A DNA stretch of 64,000 bases, taken from assembly GCF_036321535.1 (NCBI RefSeq), contig NC_087437.1:26662001-26726000 (forward strand). The letters are read 5' to 3'. Positions 1 to 12,064 of this stretch are shown here, piece after piece. The stretch is from Camelus dromedarius. Taxonomy: Eukaryota. How positions within the stretch are numbered: the first letter of the stretch is position 1; every line of letters starts with the position of its first letter. The notes beneath the pieces were generated by a model. The model was not told the DNA's origin. It made no database searches and saw only the letters and a program-made list of their open reading frames with translations. The translations under genes and the position numbers were made by a program.

Positions 1-77
1 GACCTCCCCCCCAATCATATGTCCTTTTCCAGTTGTACTTTTCTTCATGTACTACAATGAGATGAGAATTTACACAA

Positions 78-900
78 TTGACTCATTCGTTCATTGAATA
101 AATATTTAATGAGAACCTACCATGTGCCAGGCTGTTCTAGGATGTAGATCCAGCAGGTACAAGACAGACAAGGCCTGTTTTCGAAAAGTTTAACTTCTAA
201 GTGGGGAAAGGAGGCAAGGAAGGGGGTGGACAAGTGTGTCAGATGCTCCTGAGAAGTCAAGGACAATAAGGACTGAAGAGCAGTCACTGGGTTTAGCCAC
301 ATGGAGCTGAGTCCACTGGAGACATTAGGAGGGGGCGGGGGGCAGAAACCAGATCAGAAAGGGCTAAGAAACAGAGGATGAGCCCACCAAGAGAGGAAAT
401 GTGGACACGTCTGGTGGGAAGAATGAGCAAGGAGGTGAGACTAGAACAGTGCCTGTTGTATCATCACACGGGGAAGAATTTAGTCAAGAATGATTGGGAC
501 ACGCTTAACAGTTGACGATAGGAAGGATCCAGTTGCAAGAATCAGATTGAAAACGTATAAGCAAATAGGGGCAGGAGCTGAGTAGCATGAGGTTTCTTAG
601 AAGAGCTGTGGAGGGAGGAACCAGAATGCATTTAGGGAGATTTGCCTATGAAAGCAGAAGGGATGTCCTCCGTCATATTAGGGTGGTGGAGATTTGAAGA
701 GAATGGTGGAATTCAAGTAGCAGGAAGAGGGAGGGTGTTTGGAGATGTGAATTGTTTATTCCCTGTCCTTGAGTGAGGGGCATTCATTGTCCAGGAAGGG
801 AGTGAGGGGTTAATGGATGAAAAGGGCAGGGGAGGTCAACCAGGACCATTCAAGCCAAGGCACTGGAAGGAGAGGAGGTTGAGGGCAGGAAATGGGACTT
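78..900 (-). mobile_element. Ancient L2 LINE fragment(s)
   Basis: Begins with the reverse-complemented L2 3' end signature (attcgttcattgaataaatatttaatgagaacctaccatgtgccaggc), then a degenerate purine-rich L2-like body; right boundary approximate. Confidence 0.65.
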
Positions 901-922
901 TTGAATTAGTGAAAGATTTGTT

Positions 923-1057
923 GGAGTGGGGTGTGTAGCTCAGTGGTAGAGTGCGTGCGTAGCATGCACAAAGTCCTGGGTTCAATTTCCGGTACCTCCA
1001 TTTAAAAAAAACAGATAAATGAAATAAATAAATAAACCTAATTACAAAAGGTAGATA
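923..1057 (+). mobile_element. tRNA-derived SINE (camelid Vic-1-like)
   Basis: tRNA-like head with A-box (tagctcagtgg) and B-box-like gggttcaattt, A-rich tail (aaataaataaa), possible TSD aaagatttgt (912-921) / aaaggtttgt (1058-1067). Confidence 0.8.
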
Positions 1058-1670
1058 AAAGGTTTGTGTGCAGGAATGGATGAGCTTGAGATTAGGGGAA
1101 GGTCATGAGAAATGAAGAAGTTCAGGAAGAACGTGGCCAAGGAACAAGATGGTCCTCCAGAGTGATGCTTGTGTTGCTGGGAAATGGAAGGAGATGGAGT
1201 GGAGAGAATGGCAGGGCCAAGGTTCTCAGTGCCAAAGCCTTTAGGTGATTGGCCTGGTTCCTGAGACCTGAGACCCCACTCAGGGACTAAAAGGGGGAGA
1301 GATGAATTCCTGAATAAAAATCTTGACAGTCAGAAGGTGTAATGTGTACTAGGAGGAAAACCCCAAATGTTGGCCGTGGGTTACTGACAGCAGTCCCCAG
1401 GAGATGCTCTGTTATGAGATCAGCCTGCCTTGTGGGACCAGCCCTGCACTTGGGGCCCAGGACTTTTGTTGTTCATCCTACCTTAAAGTCCCACAGTTTA
1501 TACTTATACACAATACTTCACAGTTTACCTAAAGCCAGTGGCCTGGGTGTTGTGTCAATAGTGGCTTCTATCTTTAGACAAAAGCCCCAGGTCCCAAGCA
1601 GTGTTTAGGGCAGGTCAGGCTTGGGTTCCCTTAAGCTGCAGGTGGAGGGATGCAGTCCTTTTATTTAGAA

Positions 1671-2006
1671 CAGTGCCTCTGAAGAATGCTCTAGTCTATA
1701 CAGAATCACCTGGAGGCTCCTGACAACACAGACTGCTAAATCCTACCCCTGGAATTTCTGTTTCAGAGAGGCTGGGGTGGGGCTGAAGAATCTGCATGCC
1801 GAGCAAGTTCCCAGATGCTGCTGCTGGTCTGAGGATCACACTTCAAGAACCACCGGTTTTGGGCACTGTTGCTAAATTCTGCTCGCACTTTGGAATCACC
1901 TGGGGAAGTTTAAAAACCCACGTGGTCTGAGGTGAGGCTTAAAAATCAGGAATTTTCAAAGCTCCCCAGATGATTTTAATGTACAATGAGCGCTGAGAGC
2001 CCCTGA
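1671..2006. mobile_element. Two adjacent MER5A/MER5A1-like hAT-Charlie elements
   Basis: Motif gaatcacctgg present twice, with aatctgcat..caagttcccagatgctgctgctggtc and aaagctccccagatgattttaatgt. Confidence 0.75.
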
Positions 2007-2784
2007 TTTAGAGTGTGGGCCCTTCATGAGAAAAGCGCAGGGGACAATTGATCTCTTCCACTCTTCAAGCAGCTTTACAAACTTAATCTCTTTGGACTTT
2101 CAGTTTCCAAGAAATAGTTCATTATATATGTAACACCTACCATATCTGTGATTTATTCCCTTATCCAACTTTGTGATTTTTTTTTCCCAAATCATCATAG
2201 AGTGTGCTTTTCTAGTCCAGAGGGAATTGTGGCATTTGTTTATCTGAAAAGATCTGTTTAGACAAATTTGCAATTTAAAGGGACATTTGGAAATGTGGTA
2301 TATTTCATTTCATTAATGGAAGTGACACGGCTCATTAAGTCCCGCCAGTAAGTTTCTGCTTCAAAAACTGCGTAACTTCCTGGTAAGGCTTGGGGGGCTT
2401 TGTGTCCTTGAAAAACACATTTCACTCTGTAAGAGTTTACAATTTGGAACCCACAGAACTTGCTTCTAGGTTGTCTGCATTAAAGAGCTAATAGCAACCT
2501 GGACAAAAGTGCTATGCAGTGCTTTTTGCACTCAGGAAGTCATCGTTTATTTCTTATTTCTCAGTTGATTTATACTTTGCTAATTACTTACAGCTCGTTC
2601 TCTAGGGTCCATGATTCTGGAAGTTTATAGCTGTGGCCAAGTTATAATGAGGTCCTTCTAGTATTCCTACAACCAAATTACACTAAACAAGCTTCAAGGG
2701 CTATCTCCAGATTCCTCATCACTTTTTCTCTTTTCTATTCTTTTTTTTTTTAAGCCTCCAGTGTAATATCACAAAACCTGTTTG

Positions 2785-3020
2785 CAGTGCTATTTAAGAG
2801 TATGGATTTTGGAGTCTGAATATCAATGTTCAGTTTCTGGATAAAGCATTTTACTTTTAAGACAAATTGCATAACTTCTCAGAGTTATTATTTTCTTATC
2901 TATAAAATGTGAATATTAAGTCACCTGACTTAACTACTACACAAGTTATTGCATCAAAAGACACAATGTCTATGAATGCTTTCTGTAAACTGTTCAATGA
3001 AGCACAAATGTTAATTGGTG
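2785..3020 (+). mobile_element. MIR SINE
   Basis: ttaagagtatggattttggagtc head and degenerate MIR core. Confidence 0.6.
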
Positions 3021-3142
3021 GGTTTCTACCACAGTGCTTGCAGAATGTAAAATTCTGGAAATGTGGGTATTTAGGGATAATTGAGGTGTCAGTGTAAATA
3101 TTTTCATTTCAGTTAGAGTGGAAACAAACATACTTTCCTCTT

Positions 3143-3538
3143 GTGTTCAACAATCCTGGGACCAGACCAAATAATTTATCTTCTTGCTCCAGGAAGTACT
3201 TGCTCCTGGAGGGTAAGACTGAGAGCCAGGCAAAATGATTTACTTACCAAGAGTGACAACGTGCCCATCAAGACTCTTTAAGACCCTGTCCTCCCTGCGC
3301 CCAACAACCCAAAGCTATTGTGTTGTAAACTCTGTCCAACCCCAGTTTCCTGCTTTCCAAGGCTTGCCTTCAAGTCTTTTATCCCAGGCCCTAAAATCCT
3401 CTAAATAGCCTTCCTTGACTTTCCCCTTTTGAGACAATCTTGTCTGTCAGGGTGATGTTCTCTCTTATTACCATAAGGCTAAGAAGCTTAGTTTTTCTTG
3501 ATTAACAGGTTTTGCTGGTGGTCTTTGGGAAGTCAGCA
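3143..3538 (+). mobile_element. ERV1-class solo LTR (old, family uncertain)
   Basis: TG...CA-bounded block with TATA-like (ctaaata) and U5-like end (ggtggtctttgggaagtcagca); resembles the block at ~47.05-47.26 kb. Confidence 0.5.
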
Positions 3539-3899
3539 CAATCCTATTGAAACTCTTTCCATATATATAGTATTCCAGCTTTCTTCCATACAGGGATGGC
3601 TTAGCATGAAGAACATAAACGAACCTTACCTATTTCCAGGTGTTATTCAGTGCCTTAGGTGATTTTATGAATTACTGATTTTTCATCCAAGTGCATAGTC
3701 CACTCAGCAATTATTCCAAACCTCTGGGTAGTTGAGTCTTAGTTAAGTGGGAGTGGAATGGAGTCATCTTCAAAGCTGGCGGACTTAGAATATCTGGGAC
3801 TGGAGCCCAGAAACAGAGTAATTCAAGTTCCATGGAGCTTCTGACACTCAATGAGGGCTGAGATAATTTGGTTTAATGTATCATTAATTATGCAGAATT

Positions 3900-4072
3900 G
3901 AGGTCCTCAAACTCCAATGTGCATAAAAATCTTCTGAGAAGCTTATTAAAAATGCATATTCTAGAGCCCCGTCCCTAAGGGTTCTAATTCATAGGAATTG
4001 GGTGGAGCCCCTGAATCCATATGTGGATCAAGCCTCCGTAGTCTTCTGTAGACCACATTCTGAGAAGTGCTG
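3900..4072. mobile_element. MER5-like hAT element
   Basis: ctcaaact..aagcttattaaaaatgcatattctagagccc..gaccacattctgagaagtgctg. Confidence 0.6.
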
Positions 4073-4679
4073 ATTGATGTAGGGGAAGTAAGAGTCTCAG
4101 AGCTGCAGGAAACTGGTTATGATTAAAGTCTTTAGATAATATCAAATGATGAGGTACCATTTCCTGAAATAATACCTTCTTATTATGGGCTTTAGTTTCC
4201 TCATTTGCAAACTGGGATTGCTAAGATTTGTTAACCATTAAGAGGTGCCCTCTTTTCTTCTATATCAGGACCCAGACTAAAATCTGCACAATGAAAGAAC
4301 AATTGACAAATTTGTTAACTACGATCCTGTTTTGAATTATATTATGTTAATATTGCTAAACTTCTTTAAGTTTAATGTGTTGGCTTGAAAAGAATACCTG
4401 TTCTCTAGAACTAAATCAAAGTATTATATACAGGCTTCTCAGATATATTTGATTTTGTTCATCTTGGAATTTGAATTTAACTAATGTTTTTATATGTTCA
4501 CAAATATAATCAGCACATAAAGTCTTAAGTTTAAAACAACTGAGCTCCTAAAAATGCCAGGTACTACAGGATTTGAGTAGAGGAGATGTGACAGGTGCAT
4601 AATAATATGAAACAAGGCCAACTGTAACAAATGAAAAAGTTATGAGTCCAAAGGATAGGGGACAAGTATGAGAAGATGG

Positions 4680-5456
4680 CACTTTTAAAAAGTGAAAATT
4701 GTGGTATGTGAATTATATCCCAATAAATCGCTTATTAAAATGCATATTTGGACCCCAAACCTACTTCTGGGTATATATCCAAAAGAATTGAAATCAAGAT
4801 GTCAAAGAGATAATCTGCACTCCCATGTCCACTGCAGTACGATTCACAATAGCCAAGATATGGAAATAACCCAGATGCCCATCAACAAAAGAATGAATAA
4901 AGAACATTTGGTATGCTCACACTATGGAATATTATTCTGCCTTAAAAAAGAAGGAAATCCTATCATATATGTCACCATAGGTAAATCTGGGGGTATTATG
5001 CTAAGTGAGATTAGTCAGAAAAACAAATGCTGCATGATTCCACTTGTATGAGGTATCTACTATAATCAAATTCATAGAGATAGAGAACAGAATGCTGGTT
5101 GCCAGGTGTTGGGGGAAGGGGAAAATGGTGAGGTGTTCAATTAGTATAAAGTTTCAGTTATACAAGATAAATAAGTTGTAGTGATCTACTGAAAAACATT
5201 GCGCCTGAAGTTAAGAATACTGTATTATGCACTTAAAAATGTGTTGCAGATGGATCTCCTGTTAAGTGTTCTTATGACAACAATAGCAACAACAAAGAGG
5301 TACAAGGAAACTTTTGAAGATGCTGAACATGGCCATTACCTTGACTGCAGTGAGGGTTTCACAAGTGTATGCATATGTCCAAACTCATCAAATTGTATGC
5401 ATTAAATGTGTGCAGTTTTTTTAATATCAATTATTCCAAAATAAAGCTGTTAAAAA
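4680..5456 (+). mobile_element. L1M 3' end (ORF2 C-terminus plus 3' UTR), possibly more than one fragment
   Basis: ORF track peptide LLLGIYPKELKS is typical of the L1 ORF2 C-terminus; 3' UTR motifs and aataaagctgttaaaaa terminus. Confidence 0.85.
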
Positions 5457-5479
5457 TGCATATTTGGGAAAGTATAATA

Positions 5480-5903
5480 AAACAATGGAAGATAGAAGTT
5501 TATTCTTTTTTTGTATAAAACAAGTCCCAAGACAGTCAATTTAGGACCGGTGTGGTCTCCATGGGATCAGGGAACCAGGCTTTGTCATACCCAGTGTGTG
5601 GCTTCCATCTATGGTTCAAGATGGCTACTTGAGTTTCAGCCACCACGTCTGCATCCCAGCCAGCAGGAAGGAGGAAGGGGAGGGCAAAAAATCATGGGTC
5701 TCTTCCCTAAGGTACTTCCCAGAGGTTGCACAGGTCACGTCTTACATTTCATTGGCAGAATTAAGTCACATGGCTCCCCAACTAAAAGGGAGGCTGGGAA
5801 ATGTAGTCCTTATTCAGAACTGCCATGCGTCTGGCTAACATTCAGTAAGGAAACAGAGTCTCATTAAGGAGAAGGGAGAGGACAAATTGGCAGTTTCTGC
5901 TAC
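5480..5903 (-). mobile_element. MLT1J/K-like MaLR LTR
   Basis: caagatggct..ccagccagcaggaagg..cttacatttcattggcagaattaagtcacatggc..gggaggctgggaaatgtagtc. Confidence 0.7.
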
Positions 5904-5904
5904 A

Positions 5905-6250
5905 TTGATATTCTGTAGAGGGCCTTGAATATCATGTTAAAATAGTTCGTACTTAATTCATCATGCAACTTGGAGACAGTAGATTATTTTGAGGCAAAGG
6001 ATGTCATTAGCAATAAAATTAGTCTCTGACAGTGATGTGTCAGATGGCTTGAAATGAGGAAAAACTAGACAGGTGATGACATTAGACAAAGCAAGAGGTC
6101 CTGGGGACAGATTAGGACAGCAGCAGGGGGACTAGAGCAGAGACACTCAATTGAAAGAACAGAACGAAAGAACTTGGCAACTGAATTTAATGTGCTTGGC
6201 AACTAATTTAATATGGACAAAGAGGTGAGAGAGATTCCCAAGGTTTGATC
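5905..6250 (-). mobile_element. L2 fragment
   Basis: gtagagggccttgaatatcatg..aagaacttggcaactgaattt..gattcccaaggttt. Confidence 0.5.
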
Positions 6251-7533
6251 GAGATTTCTCAGAATGCGGGTTTACAAGCTCAAAACTCTACAGGGATCCC
6301 AGGGGTGGGGGTGGGGTCTTCCAGGGGCTTAGCATCAGGAAAGCTGGTCAGGCCCTGGAGGCATGTGGCTCAGACTCTCACACCACAGGCAGGCTGAGGG
6401 GAAAATACCACTCTTTCTTTTGAATCTCCTAAAGCAGAAGATATAAACAATTTATCCATATCTCCCTTTTGAAAAATCTTGAACTATCTTGTTAAGTATC
6501 CTGTTAAGGAAATATAAAATACCAGACTATGGATACGTAATCACTTCTACCCTCGGCCCCTAAGATGGGTGATAACTATGGAAAAAAGCCAGCATTTCTA
6601 AATGATCTAACAATACGTGAGAGCTAACATTTTTGTACTCTCTGTGGTCTTTAAAGTGCTCATTAAAAAATCCACTTAATCATTCCCTTAAATGTGGTTC
6701 CCATTTCGCATGTGAGGAAGCCTGGAAATAGTCATGTTGAGTCAACTTGGTGGGCAGGGTTGAAGCCGAGATCCTAACTGAGGTCTTCCTGCCTCCTAAT
6801 CCCAAGGTCTCCCACCTCTGCTACATGAATGAGCAGGAGAACGGACATTTCTAGATTGTGTGTGTCTGTGCACGTGTGCAGTGACTTTTGGTTATTGCAG
6901 GGAACTGAGAATGCCCCAAGTGATCCGGGACTCATGAATAACTTGTCATGTTTAGAAAAACTGCCCCTGTGCAGCTGGGTAGCCTGTGTTCCCTGTGATA
7001 CCAGACTTGTCTCTCCAGCTGGGACATTGTGCCCTGGTGATGTTTCCAGCCTTCCTAAATCACTTGTACATACTCTCTTGGTTGGTGTGGCAACTCGCTC
7101 CTCTTGTTGCTACTGATTTATGCAGACCTTTCGTGTTCTTCACTGAACTGGCTGAGACTTCTGGGTTGGCTCATGAAGCTAAGTCTCCCTATTGACACTC
7201 ACAAAGATATAAACCATGCTTTGAGCTTCCTTAAGAGAATGAAAATTCTGCTAACCTAGAATAAAATATATTCAGTAAGTAAAGAAAAGATGACGTGTAC
7301 TGCAGCTGTTGATAACATGAGGAATTTGGGAATGGCCCAAATATCTCATCATAGGGCTTTATGTGCCCTATTTATTTATCATCATGATCAAATAATGATG
7401 GATCTACTCAATGAAATATTATTTATTCATTGAAAAGTCATAAAGACTACATAGCCACACAAAACAATACATTAGCTAGTGAGGGAGGAGGAGGCAGATA
7501 AGAAATTGAATGCGCCCTGCAGGTTTTATCCTG

Positions 7534-8102
7534 TGAAGGGAATCAGGATAGGCCATCCCAAAATATGCCACTTTGGCATAAGAATTGTTACGAGCTGAAG
7601 ACAATGAAGAAGCAGCAAACACAGAAAGAGCTCTCTGCCTTCCCACTATTTGCCTAAAAGCAGGATATAAATTTTCCTTTGTGAAAGTGTTCCCCTCTTC
7701 TCTCCTGGACCAGGAGGAGAACAACCATTATCACTGGAGACAGAAAGTCCAGCACTGAGATGGGTCTGCACAGACGAGTCTTGCTGAAATAACTTATTTT
7801 CCATTAGTTTCCCCATATATTTTCCTGCTCACAATTTACCACTGCCAGGAGCCCAACTCCCTTTTTCTTTGTCTTGCATTTCTCTACGAATGTATCAGCC
7901 TTTGTTAAAATGGTATATAAGCCCCCAATTCTAACCACCCAGTTGAGTTACTCATTACTGAATTCTCCAGTGTGTACGCATATTGCACACATAAATAAAC
8001 TTGGTTTTATTCTCCTGTTGATCTGTCCTTTGTCAGTTTAATTTGCAGGTCCCCAGACGCTAAACATAAGAGGGTAGAGGAGAAAGTTTTTCCTCCTCCA
8101 CA
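7534..8102 (+). mobile_element. MER34-like ERV1 solo LTR
   Basis: Starts tgaagggaatcagg..cccaaaatatgccactttggcataag; TATA (tatataag) and AATAAA inside; ends tttcctcctccaca; 4-bp TSD cctg/catg. Confidence 0.8.
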
Positions 8103-8419
8103 CATGTTAAATAAAAAGAAAAGTGGCAGGAAGGAAATATACCAGCATGCTAACATTGGTTATGAGGCATATAGCCTATTCAAACTGAAAAAAAAGTCTT
8201 GTCAAAGTAACATTTTTTAAGAACAGCAAATTAACTGAACACCATCAGCTCTACTGTTACAAACAGATTTGGTTCAGGCGTTAGTCAACATTAATCCCTG
8301 GAAGGGTACTTTCATTTAAGACTTGATAAAGAGAACAGAACTTGAAAAGAATGACTGAACCCATGCTATGAAATAAGAAATATGCAGTTTTACAAGAAAG
8401 TTGATAATCAAGATGAAGA

Positions 8420-8600
8420 GTCAGGTTCTGAAGTTAAATTATTTACTGTTTGCAAGGCCTTGAGCAAGTTACTTAACCTTTTTTCTGTGTGTGCCTTAAT
8501 TTCCCCTTCTTTAAAATGGGGATAACAGTAACTGCTTGGTGTTGCTGAGGATTAAATAATTCTGCCCGCATAGGATAAGGGCTCAGCGTGAGTTACAAGA
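8420..8600 (+). mobile_element. MIR SINE
   Basis: ccttgagcaagttacttaacct..aaaatggggataacagta core. Confidence 0.7.
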
Positions 8601-10129
8601 AGCATCCTGAAAATGATGCCCTTTCTTTTCTTGCTAAGAAAATGTTAATAATCCGCAGTCATGTGTAGCAAAAGAATGGCCACATCAGTATTTGGCAACT
8701 TGATTGGCTCCTCCATCTGTTTGGTTACCTGGGGAGCATAGCCCTGGAAGTTTCTCTCTCTGGTCTGGGAACCCTGTAGTCTCTCCTCTGGGTGCAAAAT
8801 TAACTCCACATACGGGGTCCAAAATGAAACTGACTTGTGCAAGTGGGCAGAAAAACACGCCACATTTCCTGTGAGACCCTGCCACATGCTCTTTCCCACT
8901 CTGCAGCACAACAGGGGTGTCCCAGCTCCACCATGCAGCCCACACCGTGTTAGGCCTGATGGACAGGCAGTCATGCTTTGTGACCTTGGGCAAATGGATT
9001 CACTCTGACCCTTAGTTCCTCCCCAGGTAGAAACGAGGGGGCAGAGCTGGGTAGATTCCTTCTAACACTAACATTCCATGGGTCTTTGCATCCTCCCAGC
9101 AACCACGTCTTCTGAAAAGACAGAGGAAACACTGTGGGTCCTGATAGCTCTTCACTGACTCGTGTGATCCTAGGCAAGTTACAATGTCCCCCAAACCCTT
9201 TCTTCACCAATTAGTCTGACTAATAATACTCGAGGCTGAATTTAGGCTGGGGTTGGCTGGTTTTTATGAGCTTTGCTTGTACAGATCGGGGCTCTGTGCT
9301 TACTGGTTGTTATCATTGCCTTGGGCTGTTGCTGCCTCATCTTTGAGAAGCTTTCATGCTGTTTACTCTGCCTCTCTCTTTCTCTCAGCATCTTTCTGAA
9401 TTGTGCTGACTGATTTCTCCCTTTACTTTTCAGAAGTTCAGGTTACTCTCAGCTTTAAACTGGAATTTTGGTGATGAAAGAAAGGAGATTGTATTTCTTC
9501 CAGGCAGAGATATATTTTCAGGGCACAACTGCCTAGACCCACTAGAAATAAAACAAGAAGAGGGAGGTATGGGATCATGGGCAAACTCCACCCAGCCCCC
9601 TCCAGATGGGAGAAGAACCCAAAGAATTTAGTCTCTGGGAGGTTGAGCCCAAACAGGCTTGGGTGGTGCTGTGTGCTGGCGTCTTATTAGTGATGGGTTG
9701 AAGGCAGAGCTCTTTTCTGGGTTCTGGGTAGAGCTGCCTCCAACTTTTGCTCTACCCCCAAGTTCTCATGTCTGCCTGAGGTCTGGGAGAGGTCTTAATC
9801 TTTGACTGATGGAGTGTTGGAACTAGAGGGTCCCTGAGAGCTGTCAGGCAGTATGACATCAAAGCCCTGTTTGGTGCTGCCCTGGAAAACTGAAACAGAT
9901 ATGGCTGATACAGAACATAATGTGGGAAGCCCTCTAGGTGGATTAGGGACCTTGTCATTTCATATTCACGTTGTGTGATCAGTACACACACGCACACACA
10001 TACACACACACACAGACTCATGTGCAAAGCAGGTGACTACAGAATGAGTGGCCTGTTTGCCAAGGTATTTGAAATATTCCCTCCAGGACAGCAAATAGCA
10101 GTAAGTATGAGTGTTATGATCTGGCAATC

Positions 10130-10655
10130 ATAGCTATGCGTGTACAGTATTTATTGAGCTCCTGTGATATGCCAGGCACTTAATAAGGATTATATCATTT
10201 AATGTTCACTATAATCTCATTAGGAGGGGGCCACTTATGGATGGGAAAACAGAGGCTGAGAAAATCTAAATAACTTTCCCAAACTCCAAAAGCTACTATA
10301 TGGTGAGAACAGAATTTAAGTAGAAGTAGTCAGTCTATAAGCTCGTGCACCCATCAAGAAAACAGGACTGCTTCCCCACGTGTGATCTCTGTTCCAGTGA
10401 CACGGTTAACACCAGTTAGTCTACAGTAAATTTCATCCATTGTAGGTGATGAACCAGGACTTTGGAACCTGACTGCCTGGATTCAAATCCCGTTCTGCCA
10501 TCTATTGATTGCTGTTGGACAGTTTCTTAATCTCTGTGCCTTCGTTTTTCACCTATGAACGGAGGTGGTGAGAGTACCAGGTTGATGGGTTGTCGTGAGG
10601 ACTAAGTGAGGTAACACAGGTGAAGCTCTCAGGGCACAGCAAGTGCTAGCCCTTC
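10130..10655. mobile_element. Two MIR SINEs (minus ~10130-10350; plus ~10450-10655)
   Basis: tttattgagctcc..gccaggcact..gaaaacagaggctgag (minus) and gactgcctggattcaaatccc..ctctgtgcct (plus). Confidence 0.7.
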
Positions 10656-10669
10656 TTATCATGTATTCG

Positions 10670-11000
10670 CTATTCATTTTATGACAGACATTTACTGATT
10701 GCCTACTGTATACCAGGTGCTAGATTCTTAGACATAAACAGAGGGGAGGAGCGCATTAACCACAAGATCTTGTGGTTAAAAGATAAGTTATGGGGAAGGG
10801 GAGACAGACGTTTAAACAAGTTATGATACAAAGTGTTATAATCCACAGTGGTTCACTAGGAAAGGAGTGACAGGCAGGAGATAAAGCTGCAGAGGAAGGT
10901 TTGGGGCCAGATTCGGCCCCAAACAAGGAAATTGTCTGTTTGGACTTCGTCCTGTGTGGGCAGCCAAGGGGCTGGGGCATTTTAAAAACAGGGGATGGTA
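10670..11000 (-). mobile_element. L2 3' fragment
   Basis: attcattt..catttactgattgcctactgtataccaggtgct..ggggagacagac. Confidence 0.6.
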
Positions 11001-11639
11001 CGATCATTTAAGAGCTTTGCTAACCTCTGTCTGAGCCCTGTTTAGACAGAGATGAGTCTGAGAAAAGATCTAAGAGAAGAGGAATAGTTCTTGTGAAACA
11101 TCTCTGCCAGATATTTAAAAATTCGGTTTGGAAGCAGATCTGTAGATTTTATATAAGAAGATACATTGTACCAAAAAAAAAAAAAAAAAAAGACTTCAAA
11201 TCATTTTATATCCTGATCCCATATGCCTCGTGCAAGTGACTCTCATTGCCTTAATACACTTGGCACCTGCCAGCACGTATAAAACATACTGTATAAATAG
11301 TAACCAAGCCCATGCTGCCAGGGGCTCCTCTGGACTCCGGTGAGGATGACAGTGTTTTCTTTTAAGACCATGAGATAACGCACGAGGCAGTTCCCTCACT
11401 ATGTGTGCCAGAGAACGTTTGAGTTGGGGACATAATCTGCAGGGAACAGGAATAATTTTAAGAGTCAAAGCTGGAGTTGGCTGGTTTTTATAGCAATACA
11501 TCCAACCTGTTCCACCAGTTCCAATCTGCACAGCTGATTAAGTGAGCAGCGTGACCAGCCAGGTGTTCTCTGCTATGTATGCCCGGCTCCAACCCAGGGA
11601 ACTAAAGGAAGTGGAAAAACCCAGGTTAACAATGAAATA

Positions 11640-12030
11640 GCCAAGGATGTGCACAAAGATTTAGCATCAAATGGTCATCACAGTGTCGATTATAATAGTA
11701 AGAATGTCCAACAATTAACAACATGTTAAAAAAATTGTAGACTATAACACTCACTTTCATAGGTATTGAAAATGATGATGAGGGAGAGCATGGAATGACA
11801 GCCCAAACTGGTTACACTATGCCATTATGTTAAAAAATAAATGAATAAAACAAGCTTCTACGTGGATAAGTGTAATAAAATCTTATTTTTGTAAAAGAAA
11901 ATAAAAGGTTCATATTTTAATAGCTATTATCTCTAGGTGGTGAGATTACAGGTGATTTTTATTTTACTTTTTTTGCTTATGTGTACCAAATAAGTTTTCT
12001 ATGATGAATATTGATTAATTTTGTATCCAA
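11640..12030 (+). mobile_element. Old L1ME-like 3' fragments
   Basis: gtgcacaaagatttagcatcaaatggtcatcacag and ctattatctctaggtggtgagattacaggtgattttt. Confidence 0.55.
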
Positions 12031-12064
12031 ACTTATTTTTTAAAGAAGAAACCAAAAAAATCAC

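Noticed and set aside
928..1000. Functional tRNA gene
   Set aside because: Has an A-rich SINE tail and candidate TSD, and the acceptor stem and T-arm are imperfect; better explained as a tRNA-derived SINE
6173..6215. Short tandem duplication cttggcaactgaatttaatgtg / cttggcaactaatttaatatg
   Set aside because: Only two copies, inside an L2 remnant; ordinary slippage duplication
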